Shown: positions 11,534 to 22,700 of the stretch, one piece after another
Numbering within the stretch: the stretch's first letter is position 1
How the letters are laid out: every line of letters starts with the position of its first letter
From: an uncultured Solirubrobacteraceae bacterium
GTDB lineage: Bacteria; Actinomycetota; Thermoleophilia; Solirubrobacterales; Solirubrobacteraceae
NCBI GenBank assembly: GCA_963755275.1
Contig: CAVWJU010000003.1
Coordinates: 236,561 to 300,560, forward strand
DNA length: 64,000 nt
Reading direction: 5' to 3'
The notes under the pieces: generated by a model
Told to the model about the DNA's origin: nothing
The model's input: the letters and a program-made list of their open reading frames with translations, nothing else
Database searches by the model: none
Made by a program: the position numbers and the translations under genes

Positions 11534-12305
11534 ATCGCGGGCGGTAGGACTCCATGAAGACGTCATCGCCGTCACCTCGCGCGCGTATGCGACGGGGTGC
11601 GTGCTGGTGCGCAGCGGCGGCGAGGCGTTCTGCATCGACTCGCCGGTCTTCCCGGACGAGCTCGAGATCCTGCCCGCGATCGCCGAGCAGGCCGGCTTCG
11701 GCATCGTCGGCGTGCTCGCCACCCATGCCGACTGGGATCACCTGCTGGGCGGCCTCGCGTTTGGGTCGGCGCCTTTGGGCGCGGCCGAGAGCACGGCGGC
11801 GCGGCTGATCAACGAGCCGGGGGCGGCGCAGCGGGAGCTGCGCTCGTTCGACGACGAGTTCTACGTGACGCGGCCGAAGCCGCTGTCGTTAGCGGGCGCG
11901 CAGACGCTCGACGTGCCGGGGTTCGTCGACATCGGGTCGGAGTCGCTGGAGCTGCACCCGGCCGACGGGCACACCGCGGACGGGATGGCGGTGTGGGTGC
12001 CGTGGGCGCGCGTGCTGGTCGCCGGCGACTACCTCTCGCCGGTCGAGATCCCGATGCTCTCGCCCGGGGGCTCGCTGCCGGCGTATCTCGCGACGCTCGA
12101 CCGGCTCGAGCCGCTGGTCGAGCAGGCCGACCACGTCGTGCCCGGGCACGGCGGGCCGATCGACGGGGTGCGGGCGTTGGCGATCCTGCGTGAGGACCGG
12201 GCCTACGTCGACGCATTGCGGCGCGGCGACGATGCTCCGCTGCCGCTCGCGCGCCGGACGAAGGCCCAGCGCACGATCCACGAGCAGAACCTCACGCGGC
12301 GATGA
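11534..12305 (+). CDS. Metallo-beta-lactamase-fold hydrolase (start approximate)
   Basis: THADWDH, GHTAD, AGDYL, PGHG. Confidence 0.85.
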
Positions 12306-12669
12306 GCTCGACGGGCTCCGTGGCCGTTTCGACGATCTCCACGTAGCGCAGCTCGGAGACCCCGAGCGCGAACGAGTCGCCGTCGCGCAGGGCGACGCGG
12401 TCGACGCGCAGGCCGTTGTGCCAGGTGCCGTTGCGCGAGCCGTCGTCGAGCAGGAAGGTCTTTCCGTCCTGGCGCACGATCAGCGCGTGGCGGCGGGAGA
12501 CGCTCGGATCGTCGATCTCGACGTCCGCGTTGAGGCTGCGGCCGAGCCGGGTGATCGTGCCCATGATCGGCACGAGCTTCGATCCGGCGGCGAGGTAGCG
12601 GCCGGCGGCGGGCGCTCCGCCGTCGATCGCGTGGCGTGTTGTGCGTGGGCTCAATCTCATGGCGTTCAT
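12292..12669 (-). CDS. FHA domain protein
   Basis: LGRS...DPSVSRRHA...DDGSRNGT FHA signature. Confidence 0.85.
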   Translation of the reverse strand: MNAMRLSPRTTRHAIDGGAPAAGRYLAAGSKLVPIMGTITRLGRSLNADVEIDDPSVSRRHALIVRQDGKTFLLDDGSRNGTWHNGLRVDRVALRDGDSFALGVSELRYVEIVETATEPVELIAA

Positions 12670-12724
12670 GGTCTCGCCAGCGTCTGAACGCCGGCTGCGG
12701 GTGGCCTGAGAGATGGCTGTGAAC

Positions 12725-13544
12725 TCAGGTGCTGATCAGCGGGATGCCCGCGAGCGCGAGCAGCACGCCCACGCGCTGCTCGGCCGCGAGGCGCTCGTGC
12801 AGCACGAAGTACGCGAGCGCGACGGTGACCACGGGGAAGAGCCCGCCGAGCACCGCGGCGAGGCTCAGCAGGCCGCTCGTGGTGGCGACCGCGAACGCGA
12901 GGTTGGCGCCGGTGTCGAGCACCCCGATCGTGGCCAGGCCCGGCAGCGAGCGCCACGGCACGCGGGTGGCGACCCGGAGCGCGAGCAGCGCCAGGATCGG
13001 CACGGCGACGGCCCGCGCGACGGCGACGCCGGTCAGCGCGTCGTGCTCGGCCGCGGCGTCGAGGAACACCAGCGACAGCCCGATCGCGACCGCGGCGAAC
13101 ATCGCCAGCTGCAGCGCTTTGCGCGAGTCGATGGCGTCGTGGGCGCCGTGCTCGCGCGAGGCCAGCGCGACGCCGGTCAGCGCGGCGACGATCCCGACCC
13201 ACTGCAGGGCGCCCGGCCGCTCGCCGTCCAGCAGCGACGCCGGCGAGCACCGGGACGATCGCGCTCGTGGCCACGATCGGGGCGACGATGCTCATCGTCC
13301 CGAGCGCGAGCGCGCGGTAGAAGGAGAGGATGGCCAGCGCGCCGAGCAGCGCCGACGACAGACGCCTGGCAGCACTGCGGCCGCTGTCGGCGCCGCGGAT
13401 CAGCAGGATCGCGGCCAGCACGACGAGGCTGACCGCCTGGCCGACGAGCGCGACCATCGCCGCCGGGTGCACGCGGCTGGCGCGACCGCCGAGGAAGTCC
13501 GCGACGCCCCACATCAGCGACGCCAGCAGCGCCGCGGCGATCAC
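12725..13544 (-). CDS. EamA/DMT family transporter, frameshifted
   Basis: WGVADFLGG, FYRALALGTMSIVAP, LFPVVTVALAYFVLHERL. Confidence 0.85.
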
Positions 13545-14507
13545 GTGTCGGCGGCCGCCGCGGCGGCGCGGTAGGCGTCCTGCTCGCGGCGGATCAGATC
13601 GGGGTTCGTGCCGGCGGCGAGCGCGAGCTCGTAGGTCAGCAGCTGCAGCGCGATCGCGCCGGCGAGCAGCGGGTGGCCGGCCGGCAGGTCGTCGATCGTC
13701 ACCGTGGGCATGTCGAGCTCTCGCGCCGCCGCTTGGACGTCGCCCGCGCGCTTGTCGCGCTGGGCCTGCGCGTGCGGGTCGATCCGGATGATCGACGAGG
13801 CCCGTGCGCGCGTCCGCCGCGGGCAGGTGCCCGTGCAGGACCTTCTCGATCCCGAGCGGCGTGACCGGCACGTGGACGCCTTCCTCGATCTTCAGCGCCA
13901 GCTCGCGCGCGGTGATCTCGTCGACGCCGCTGCCGCTGACGATCAGCCGCTCGCAGCCGTGCAGCGTGCGCGCCATTTCCGCGAACCTGTGTCGCTGATC
14001 GAGCGTGCCGTCGATGACGCGGGTCGCGGTCGTCTCGTCGGCGGCGCCGGCGATCGCGGTCAGCGCGAGCAGCGGCGAGACGTAGCCGACGGTGTGGCAC
14101 CAGCTCGTGTCGACGAGCGGCGTCGCGATCGTCAGCTCGGCGCCGGTCGGTTCGTCCGGCTTGGCGGTGATCAGGATCGTGCGCGCGGAGGTCGCCTTGA
14201 TCGCGGCGAGCGTGGCCGCGGTGCCGGCTTCGTGCGAGATCGCGATCAGGACGCCTTCGTCTTGTGGGTCGAGCGAGGCCTCGAAGGCGTCGCGCGCGCG
14301 GGCGTTGAGCAGTGCCGCACCGGCCATCGCGGCGTGCTCGCTGGTGCCGCAGCCGGTGACGACGACGGTCTCGGTCTCACGGATCCACTCGGCGGCCTCG
14401 AGCGCCTCGGGGCTCGAGAAGATCGGCGCGACCAGCCCCGGCTCGGCCTGGATCATCTCCTCCATGGCCCACGGCGGACCGTCACGCAGCTCGGGCATCT
14501 CGCTCAT
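13541..14507 (-). CDS. Double SIS-domain sugar isomerase (GlmS/FrlB-like), frameshifted
   Basis: GCGTSEHAA, ISHEAGT, ARELALKIEE. Confidence 0.8.
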
Positions 14508-14622
14508 CGGCCACCTCCGGGATGCCTGAAACCCGCGGTCGGTCCTTCGGCATTCGCTGGCCAGGCTCGCTCATGGCGTCGCACGGTACCGTCTCGGTGG
14601 CACTTCCGACAGAGCCACTTCG

Positions 14623-16218
14623 ATGCCGATGAACCGAGCCACTTTGGAGCTCTTCGCCCCGCTGGACCGCAGCTCGCCGACCCCGCTGCGCAACCAGCTC
14701 GAGGACGCGATCTGCGCCGCGATCACCGGCGGCGGCGCGCCGCCGGGCACCAAGCTGCCCGCCTCGCGCGTGCTCGCCGAGGCACTGCAGGTCTCGCGCG
14801 GCGTGGTCAGCGAGGCCTACGCGCAGATCGAGGCCGAAGGCTGGATCGAGATCCGCCGCGGGTCCGCACCGGTCGTCCGCACCGTCCCGGCAGCGCCGGC
14901 CGCGCATCTCGCGCTGGGCGTGCCCGCGGCCCCGGCCGGGTCTGCCAGTCCCGGGTCTCACCGCGGCGCCGGGCGTCTCCCCAGCGACGAGTGTCCTCGC
15001 CGTGACGGGCCGCCTCGCCGACCCGGGCCTCGCTGCGGCTCCGGCCGGGCTGGCCGGCCCGGGCGTCGCGGTGGCGCCTGGCGGCCTCGTCTTGCCGGGC
15101 GTTCCCGCGTCGGCGGGCGGCCGCTCCGTTCCGGGCGGCCCGCGCCGTGCCAGGCGAGCTCGCCGCGCCCCGCCTCGACCTCACCGCGACCGCGCCCGAC
15201 CTCTCGCTCTTCCCGCGCCGCGTGTGGTCGGCGGCGCTGCGGCGGACGCTCGCGGAGATGCCCGATGCGGCGCTCGACTACGGCGACCCGGCCGGCGACG
15301 GCGAGCTGCGTGCCGAGCTCGCGGCCTACCTCGTGCGCGTCCGCGGACTCGCCGCCACCGATCTCGTCCTCACGAGCGGTTACACGCAAGGGCTGTGGCT
15401 GACGTGCCGGGTGCTCGCCGCCCGCGGCGCGCGCACGGTCGCCGTCGAGGACCCGTCGCTCGATGACGCGTGGGCGACGATCCGCTCGGCGGGCCTCGAG
15501 GTCGTCGGCCTGCCCGTCGACGAGCACGGCGTCGTGCCCGACGCGCTCGACGCCGACGCGATTCTCGTCACGCCCGCGCACCAGTTCCCGACCGGCGCCG
15601 TGCTCGCCCCCGAACGGCGGCGGGCGCTGCTGGCCTGGGGAGGCGTGGTGATCGAGGACGACTACGACTCCGAGTACCGCTACGATCGCGCGCCGGTCGG
15701 GACGCTGCAGCGGCTCGCGCCCGGACCGCGTCGTCTACCTCGGCACGGCGTCCAAGACGCTGGCGCCGGCGCTGCGGCTCGGCTGGCTCGTCGCGCCGCC
15801 CGACATCGCCCGCGCGGTCGCGCAGGAGCGCTGGGCGGTCGACTCCGGCGGGCCCTCGATCGCCGCGCGCGCCTACGCTCGGCTGCTCGCGACGGGCGAG
15901 GTCGACCGGCACCTGCGACGCACGCGCCGGGAGTACCGCGAGCGGCGCGACCGGCTGGTGGCCGCGCTCGCGCGCCTCGACGGGTGCGAGGTGGCCGGCG
16001 TCGCCGCGGGCCTGCACCTCCTGCTCCGCCTGCCGCCGGGGACCGACGAGGCCGCGGTGGTGACGCGGCTGGCCGAGCGGCGGATCCGGATCCGCGGGCT
16101 GGCGGGGTATCGGCTGGCGCCGCGTGACGACGAGCCCGCGCTCGTGCTCGGCTACGGCCGGCTTCCGCTGGCGGCGATCGACGCCGCCGTCGAGCACCTC
16201 GCGGCGAGCTTGCGATGA
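14623..16218 (+). CDS. MocR/GabR-family transcriptional regulator (GntR HTH plus PLP aminotransferase domain), frameshifted
   Basis: KLPASRVLAEALQVSRGVVSEAY HTH; TPAHQFPTG, EDDYDSEYRY, SKTLAPALRLG. Confidence 0.9.
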
Positions 16219-16585
16219 GCCGCGTGAGACGGTCGGTTGCGGCGGTGCGCTGCGATCGACGCGGCCGTCGAGTACTTCGCGGCGAGCCTGCGAGGAGCCG
16301 CGTGAGACCGTCGGTTGCGGCGGTGCGCCCGGTTGCGATCGACGCCGCCGTCGAGCACTTCGCGGCGAGCCTGCGAGGAGCCGCGTAAGACGGTCGGTTG
16401 CGGCGGTGCGTCCGGTTGCGTCGACGCCGCCGTCGAGCACTTCGCGGCGAGCCTGCGATGAGCCGCGTGAGACGTCGGTTGCAGCGGTGCACCCGGTTGC
16501 GGTCGACGCCGCCGTCGAGCACTTCGCGGCGAGGCTGCGTTGCCGCGTGCGTCGTCCGTTGCGGCGGTGCGCCCGGTTGCGGTTC
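16178..16585 (+). repeat. Tandem array, 5 copies of a ~78-83 bp unit that contains the MocR 3' end
   Basis: Units begin TCGACGCCGCCGTCGAGCACTTCGCGGCGAG (with small variants) at 16178, 16256, 16339, 16421 and 16503. Confidence 0.9.
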
Positions 16586-16734
16586 GTGGCGCGCTGCGTG
16601 CCACGAACTGCAGGCACCGATGGGGAGGGAGCCGTCCGCGCGCGGCGTCCGTCTGGCGCGTGGTTGGTCATGGTCGGCACCGCGCTGCGTTGTCCGTGAA
16701 TCGACCAGGCTGACGCCGAAGCGGTCAAGGACCC

Positions 16735-16788
16735 GAGGGGTGTGTTTCTCTGGTTTCCCCTGGCGATACCAGAGAAACACACCCCCTC
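16735..16788. repeat. REP-like long palindrome (~20 bp stem)
   Basis: GAGGGGTGTGTTTCTCTGGT ... ACCAGAGAAACACACCCCCTC. Confidence 0.8.
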
Positions 16789-16884
16789 TGATGCGACGAT
16801 CGCTGACCGCCTGTCGTCGATCGTCCCGCCCATCACGGGCGAATCCGCGACCGCGCGCGGCGTCCCGACCCGCGCGAGCCTACG

Positions 16885-17902
16885 ATGCGGCGCGTGCCCC
16901 GCGTGACGCTGGCCACGGTCGCCGAGGCGCTCGGCGTCTCGACCATGACGGTGTCGAACGCGTACAACCGGCCCGAGAAGCTGTCGCCGGAGCTGCGCGA
17001 GCGGATCTTGGCCAAGGCCGACGAGCTCGGCTACGCGGGACCGAACGCGCTCGCCCGCTCGCTGCGGCGCGGGCGCACGGGCGTGCTCGGGGTCGTGCTC
17101 GGCGAGGCGCTCGCGCAGTCCTTCGAGGACCCGGCGACGATCGAGTTCCTGCGCGGGCTCGGGGACGCCGGCATCCCGCTGCACCTCGTCCCCGCGAGCG
17201 GCGGTGCGGGCGACGCGGGGCTGGTGCTCGACGCCGCCGTCGACGCGTTCGTGCTCTTCACGCTGCCCGACGGGCACCCGCTCGTCGACGCCGTCCTGCG
17301 GCGGCGGCTGCCCGTCGTCGTGCAGAGCGGGCCACGGCTCGAGGGTCATCCGTTCGTCGCCATCGACGAGCACGCGGCGGCCGCCGCGGCGGCGCGAGCA
17401 CCTGCGCGCGCTGGGCCACACGCGACTGGCCGTGCTGAGCCTGCCGTTCTCGCTCGCCGATCGCGGCGACCGGCCGCTGGCGGGCGAGCCGGCGCACCGG
17501 GTCACGCGCCGGCGGCTCGAGGGCTACGGCGTGTCCGCGGGCCGCGAGGTGGCCAACAACGACCGCGAGCACGGCGAGGCCGCCGCGGGCGCGCTGCTCG
17601 ACGGTCCCGAGCCGCCGACGGGGCTGCTGTGCATGAGCGACGAGCTGGCGATCGGCGCGCTGCAGGCCGCCGCGGCGCGCGGCATCGACGTCCCGGCGCA
17701 GCTGTCGGTGGTCGGCTGGGACGACACCGTCGAGGCCCGCCGCGCCGACCCGCCGCTGACCACGATCCGCCAGTCGCTGCGCGACCAGGGGCGGCGCTGC
17801 GCCGAGCTGGCGGCGGCCGGAGCCGGCGGTGACGTCGAACTGCAGCCCTGGGAGCTGATCGTCAGGAAATCGACCGCAAGGTTCCCGCCCGTGCTGCGTT
17901 GA
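16885..17902 (+). CDS. LacI-family transcriptional regulator, frameshifted
   Basis: TLATVAEALGVSTMTVSNAYN HTH; SDELAIG, SVVGWDD, PLTTIRQ. Confidence 0.9.
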
Positions 17903-17909
17903 AGCGTGC

Positions 17910-18137
17910 ATGAGCAGTCCGGTGACGACCGGCCTCGAACTCGGCGCGCGCGTGGCCGCGACCCAAGCCCTGCCCGAAGGCGTCGAGCCCGGCACGCTCG
18001 GCACCGTCGTCGGCGAGGCCGGCTGGGTCCAGCGGCGCTGGCGCGTGCGCTTCGACGACGGGCCGTGCATCGACGTGCCGGAGTACGCGCTCGACCGCCG
18101 GCCGGGCTGCGGCCGGTTCCGGCGCCGGCCGCGCTGA
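17910..18137 (+). CDS. Small hypothetical protein (SH3/KOW-like beta barrel)
   Basis: 75 aa: LGARVAATQALPEGVEPGTLGTVVG...WRVRFDDG. Confidence 0.5.
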   Translation: MSSPVTTGLELGARVAATQALPEGVEPGTLGTVVGEAGWVQRRWRVRFDDGPCIDVPEYALDRRPGCGRFRRRPR

Positions 18138-18173
18138 CGCCGCGTCGCGCTCCGGACGCCGGATCGCTCGTGG

Positions 18174-18489
18174 AACCAGCGAACTGCGCCGGGTGGGGAG
18201 GTGGTCGACCGACGGCGGGATCGAGCCGCCAAAGCCGCCCGTGCAACCAGCGAACTGCGCCGGGTGGGGAGATGGTCGACCCGCCGGGTGAATCGATCAT
18301 CCGCGGGAGGGGGTGCGGCAACCAACCTGCGCTGAGCGAGGGTAGATTGCCGCACCCCCCTGGTTGCGCGGTCGGAACTGGGCGATCGTGCGCGATCACC
18401 GGCTCGGATGAGGCGATCCTGTTCGCGGCGCCGTCTCGCGACTCTCCGCACGAATGACCCACCACTCCCTTACCGGCGCAGTTCGCCGG
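18174..18489. repeat. Composite intergenic repeat element: two 37-bp direct repeats, a hairpin and an inverted partial copy
   Basis: AACCAGCGAACTGCGCCGGGTGGGGAGRTGGTCGACC at 18174 and 18245; hairpin 18308-18361; inverted copy 18461-18489. Confidence 0.8.
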
Positions 18490-18582
18490 CAGGACGCATC
18501 GGCAGCGAGTTGCCGCGCCGAACGAGAACGCGAAGCCGGCGCGACCCTTGAAGTCCGCCCAGTTGATCGTTACACGTAACGG

Positions 18583-19730
18583 GTGGAGTTCCGTCGCGAT
18601 CGACTGACCTGGGTGGCGTACGGGCTGCTCGCGTGGTTCGCGTTCCTGCAGGCGGCGCCCGGGCTGATCGTCCCGCACCTGCGCGACGAGCTCGACCTCA
18701 GCTACTCGATCGGCGGGCTGCACGTCGCGTCCTTCGCCGCCGGCAGCGTGATCGCCGGGCTGGTCGCCGGCCGCGTCGAACGCAGGCTCGGTCGCAGGCG
18801 GCTGTTCTGGTTCTCGGCCGCGCTGATGGCGCTCGGGACGGTCGCGCTGACGCTCGGGCGCGCGCCCGTGGCGACGATCGGCGCCCTGTTCGTGATGGGC
18901 GTCGGCGGCGCGCTGCTGCTGATCACGATCCAGGCCGCGCTCGCCGACCATCACGGCGAGCGCCGCGCGATCGCGCTGACCGAGGCCAACGTCGCCGCCG
19001 CCGTCTCCTACGTCGTGCTGATCGGCGTGCTCTCGCTCGCCGCGGCCCTGAGCGCCGGCTGGCGCGCCGCGCTGCTGGCCTCGCTCGTCGCTGCCCGCGG
19101 CGCTCTTCTGGCGCAATCGCCGCCTGGCCGATCGACGCGCCGCCGCCGGAGGCCGTCGACGCCGCCCGCCTGCCCGGCCGTGTTCTGGATCGCCACCGCG
19201 ATGCTGTTCTGCACGACCGCCGCCGAGTGGTGCATCACGGCCTGGGGCGCGAGTTTCGTCGAGGACGCCGCCGACGTCTCGGTCGACACCGCGGTGGCGC
19301 TGATGGTCGGCTTCTACACCGGGTTCGTCGCGGGCCGCGTGCTCGGCAGCCGGCTGACCCGTGCCCACGCCCCGCACCGGCTGCTCGCGCTCGCCTTGGC
19401 CGTCACCGCCGCCGGCTTCGCGATCCTGTGGCCCGCCGCGAGCCCGCTCCAGGCCGTGCTCGGCCTGCTCGTCGTCGGCATCGGCCTCGGCAACCTGTTC
19501 CCGCTCGGGCTCGCGGTCACCGTCGACCTCGATCGCCGACCGCGCCCAGCTCGCCTCGAGCCGGGCGATGCTGGCCGCGTCGCTCGCCGTCCTGCTCGCG
19601 CCGCTGACCGTCGGCACGCTGGCCGACGCCACCTCGCTCACCGCCGCCCTGGCCGTGGTCCCGGTCGCGCTGACGATCGCGGCCCTGGCCCTGACCGTCG
19701 TGTCCATGAAGCGGACGGTCCCCGTCGTAG
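18583..19730 (+). CDS. MFS transporter, frameshifted (end approximate)
   Basis: Many TM helices; GRVERRLGRRR MFS loop motif. Confidence 0.85.
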
Positions 19731-19733
19731 GAC

Positions 19734-22700
19734 TCATTCGACGAGGTCGAACCCGCCGGCCAGGACGAGGTCGAGACGCCCGGTGCGCCACCCGCGCACC
19801 GCGTCGCGGACGAGCGGGGTCGGGCGCTCGCGGTAGCGGCGGACGATCGTCGGGCGCTCAACCTCGCCCGGCGTGACGGTGACGCGGACGCGGCGGCGGT
19901 CGTAGCCGCCGCGGCCGTCGGGGATCTCGAGCACGTGCAGGCCGGACTCCGGGCGCAGCGTGCGCAGCGCGGCGAAGCCGGTGACGGACGCCGACCAGCG
20001 GTAGCGGCGGCCGGCCTGCTCGGCGACGTCCTCCAGGCGCATCCCGCGCTCGCGGGCCCAGGCGCGGTACATGGCCACGATCCGCGGCGCCGAACTCCGG
20101 GTCGCCGTCGACGCGCAGGCCGGCGTCGGCGGGCTCGCCCGCCTCGAGCGCGTCGAGCGCCTCGCCGAGCAGCAGCACGCGCTGGGCGGCGCGGCGCACG
20201 AGCTCGGAGGGCTGGCGGCGGGCGGAGCGGATCCGGCCCATCAGCGAGCTCGCGCTGCGCAGGCCGGCCTCCATGCGGTCGCGCAGCTCGATGCCCGCCG
20301 AGCACCGCGAAGCGGCCCTCGTCCTCCCAGAAGCCCGGGCTCGCCCAGGCGCGCCAGCAGCGACGGCCTTCTCCGCTTGCCAACCCTCATCGGAAATCGC
20401 GCGCCGCGACCTCGGCGAACGCCTCCTCGAGCAGCGCGAGCGAGCCGTTGCCCTCGCGCGCGAGCGTCCGCAGCGACACCGGCGCGGCGCTCGCCGGCAG
20501 GCTCGGGCGTCGGCGTCCGGGTCCACGAACGTGACCTTCAGGCCCGCTGCCGCCGGCGCGCACGAACAGGAACTGGTCGCCGCCCGGCACCGAGTGGCCG
20601 GCGATCGCCAGCGCCAGCGGCGTCAGGAAGTGCCGCTCGACCGCGCGCTTCAACGGCCGCGCGCCGAGGTCCGGCGTGAAGCCCTCGGCGAGCAGGAACT
20701 CGAGCGCGGAGTCGTCGAACTCGACCGCCCACTGGCGCCCGCGCAGCCCGCGCCGCGCCAGCACCGACTCGAGCTCGCCGAGCCAGGATCTCGCGCATCA
20801 TCGGCCGCGACAGCGGCCGGAAGACGACCGTGCGGTCGATCCGGTTGAGGAACTCGGGCCGGAACGCGCGCGCCACCGCCTGCTCGACGCTGCCCGCCGC
20901 GAACCCGGACGCGGGCGAGAACCCGATCCCGCCCGCGATCCGGGCGCCGAGGTTCGAGGTCATGATGATCACGGCGTGGCGGAAGTCGGCGGGCTCGCCG
21001 CGCGGGTCGCTCAGCCGGCCGTCGTCGAAGACCTGCAGGAACAGGTCCCAGACGCTCGGGTCGGCCTTCTCGAACTCGTCCAGCAGCACGACCGAGAACG
21101 GCTGGCGCCGGATCCGCGCCACCAGCGAGGCGTCGTCGGGCTCGCCGTCGCCGAGCATCCGCCGCGCCGAGCCCGGGTTCTGGTACTCGCTCATGTCGAT
21201 CCGGATCATGCGGTCGCCGGAGCCGAACAGGTGCTCGGCCAGCGCCTTGGCGATCTCGGTCTTGCCCGTGCCGGTCGGCCCGACGAACAGCAGCACGGCC
21301 TGCGGCCGCGTCGGATCGGTGAGCCCGGCCTTCAGCAGCGCGACGCGCTCGACCATGCACTCGACGGCCTCCGGCTGGCCGATCACGCGCGAGCCGAAGA
21401 AGACCCGCAGCGCGTCGACGTCGAGCCGCTCGCGCTCGTCGAGCAGCGAGGCCGGCAGGCCGGAGCGCTCGGTGATCGTGGCCAGCACGTCCTCCATCGT
21501 CAGCGCGTCGTCGCCCGGCCGGCGCCGCCGCATCGTCTCCAGCAGCGACAGCAGCGAGCCCGGCAGCGCGGCGTCGCCGAGGAAGTGGCGGCCGAGCGCG
21601 AGCGCCTCGCGCAGCACCTCGCGCGAGCGTCGCCGGCGCGAGCCGCGCGGCGAGCGCGAGCGTGCGCGGCTCGTCCATCGGCGCCACGCGCACGACGTCG
21701 AACGCGTCGCGCACCTGCCGGCCGCGCGCGCACGAGCCGCTCGTAGGCGCCCGGGTCGACGATCCCGACGACGTGGACGCGCGCGTCGGCCAGCCCGGCC
21801 AGCAGCAGGTCGAGCGCGCCGCGCGGGTTCTGGCGGTACGTGCCGGCGTAGAGCATCTGCTCGAGCGCCGGGACGATCCAGAGCGCCTCGCTGCCCGCCA
21901 GCGTGCGCGACGAGGTGGCGCATCCGGCCCTCGAGCTCGCCGACGTAGGTCATCCCCGCGTTGACCTCGGCCGCGCCGGCCTCGAACGTCATCCAGCCGT
22001 CGCGGGCGAGCTCGCCCGCGGCCGCGCGCAGCCGGCTCAGCCGCCCGCTGCCGCGCTCGCCGACGACGAGCAGCGGCTTGCCCGCGCGCACGGCGGCGAC
22101 CAGCGCGGCGATGTCGCGCTCCAACGCGTCGTCGGTCAGCGTCCGGCGCCGCGCTTCGGCCGCCTCGCGCGCGCGCCGCACGCGGCCGATCGCCCGCAGG
22201 TTCTCGGCGACGTCGCGGTTGGCGGCCATCCGCTCCAGCGCGCGCCAGCACGGAGGCCGGGATCGCGTCGCCCAGCGCGACGCGCGAGGGCGAGCGCGTC
22301 GTCGAGCTGGACGTCGGCGATGGCGTCCGACGTCGACCGGCTCGTCGCGCCGGCGCGCGACCGCCCGCAGGTCCTCGAGCGCCGCCTTCGTGCCAGCCGC
22401 CCGGCTCGGCCGCGGGCGAGCACCTGCGGTGATCAGCCCGTCGCTCGACGTGCCGGTCGAGCGCGCGCAGCAGGAACACCGTCGCGCTGGCCGCGGACCG
22501 ACGCCGATCAGCGTCGAGCAGCGCGCGCGCCAGCTCGTCCGAGTCGCGGCCGCCGCGCGAGCGCCTCGAGCGCGACCGCGCCGGCGATCGCGTCCTGCGC
22601 GCCGGCGAGCGCCAGCAGCGCCGCGTCGTCGAGCTCCGACGCCAGCTCGACGGCGCGCTCGAAGCGCTCGTTCTCGCGCAGCGCCGCCGCCCGCCGCTCG

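Noticed and set aside
16178-16585. CRISPR array
   Set aside because: Whole units are repeated with no unique spacers, the unit includes coding sequence, and there are no cas genes.
19734-20420. A genuine prfB gene with a programmed +1 frameshift
   Set aside because: No GGQ, no SPF, no CTT-TGA shift site and no separate start; it continues from the AAA+ domain.
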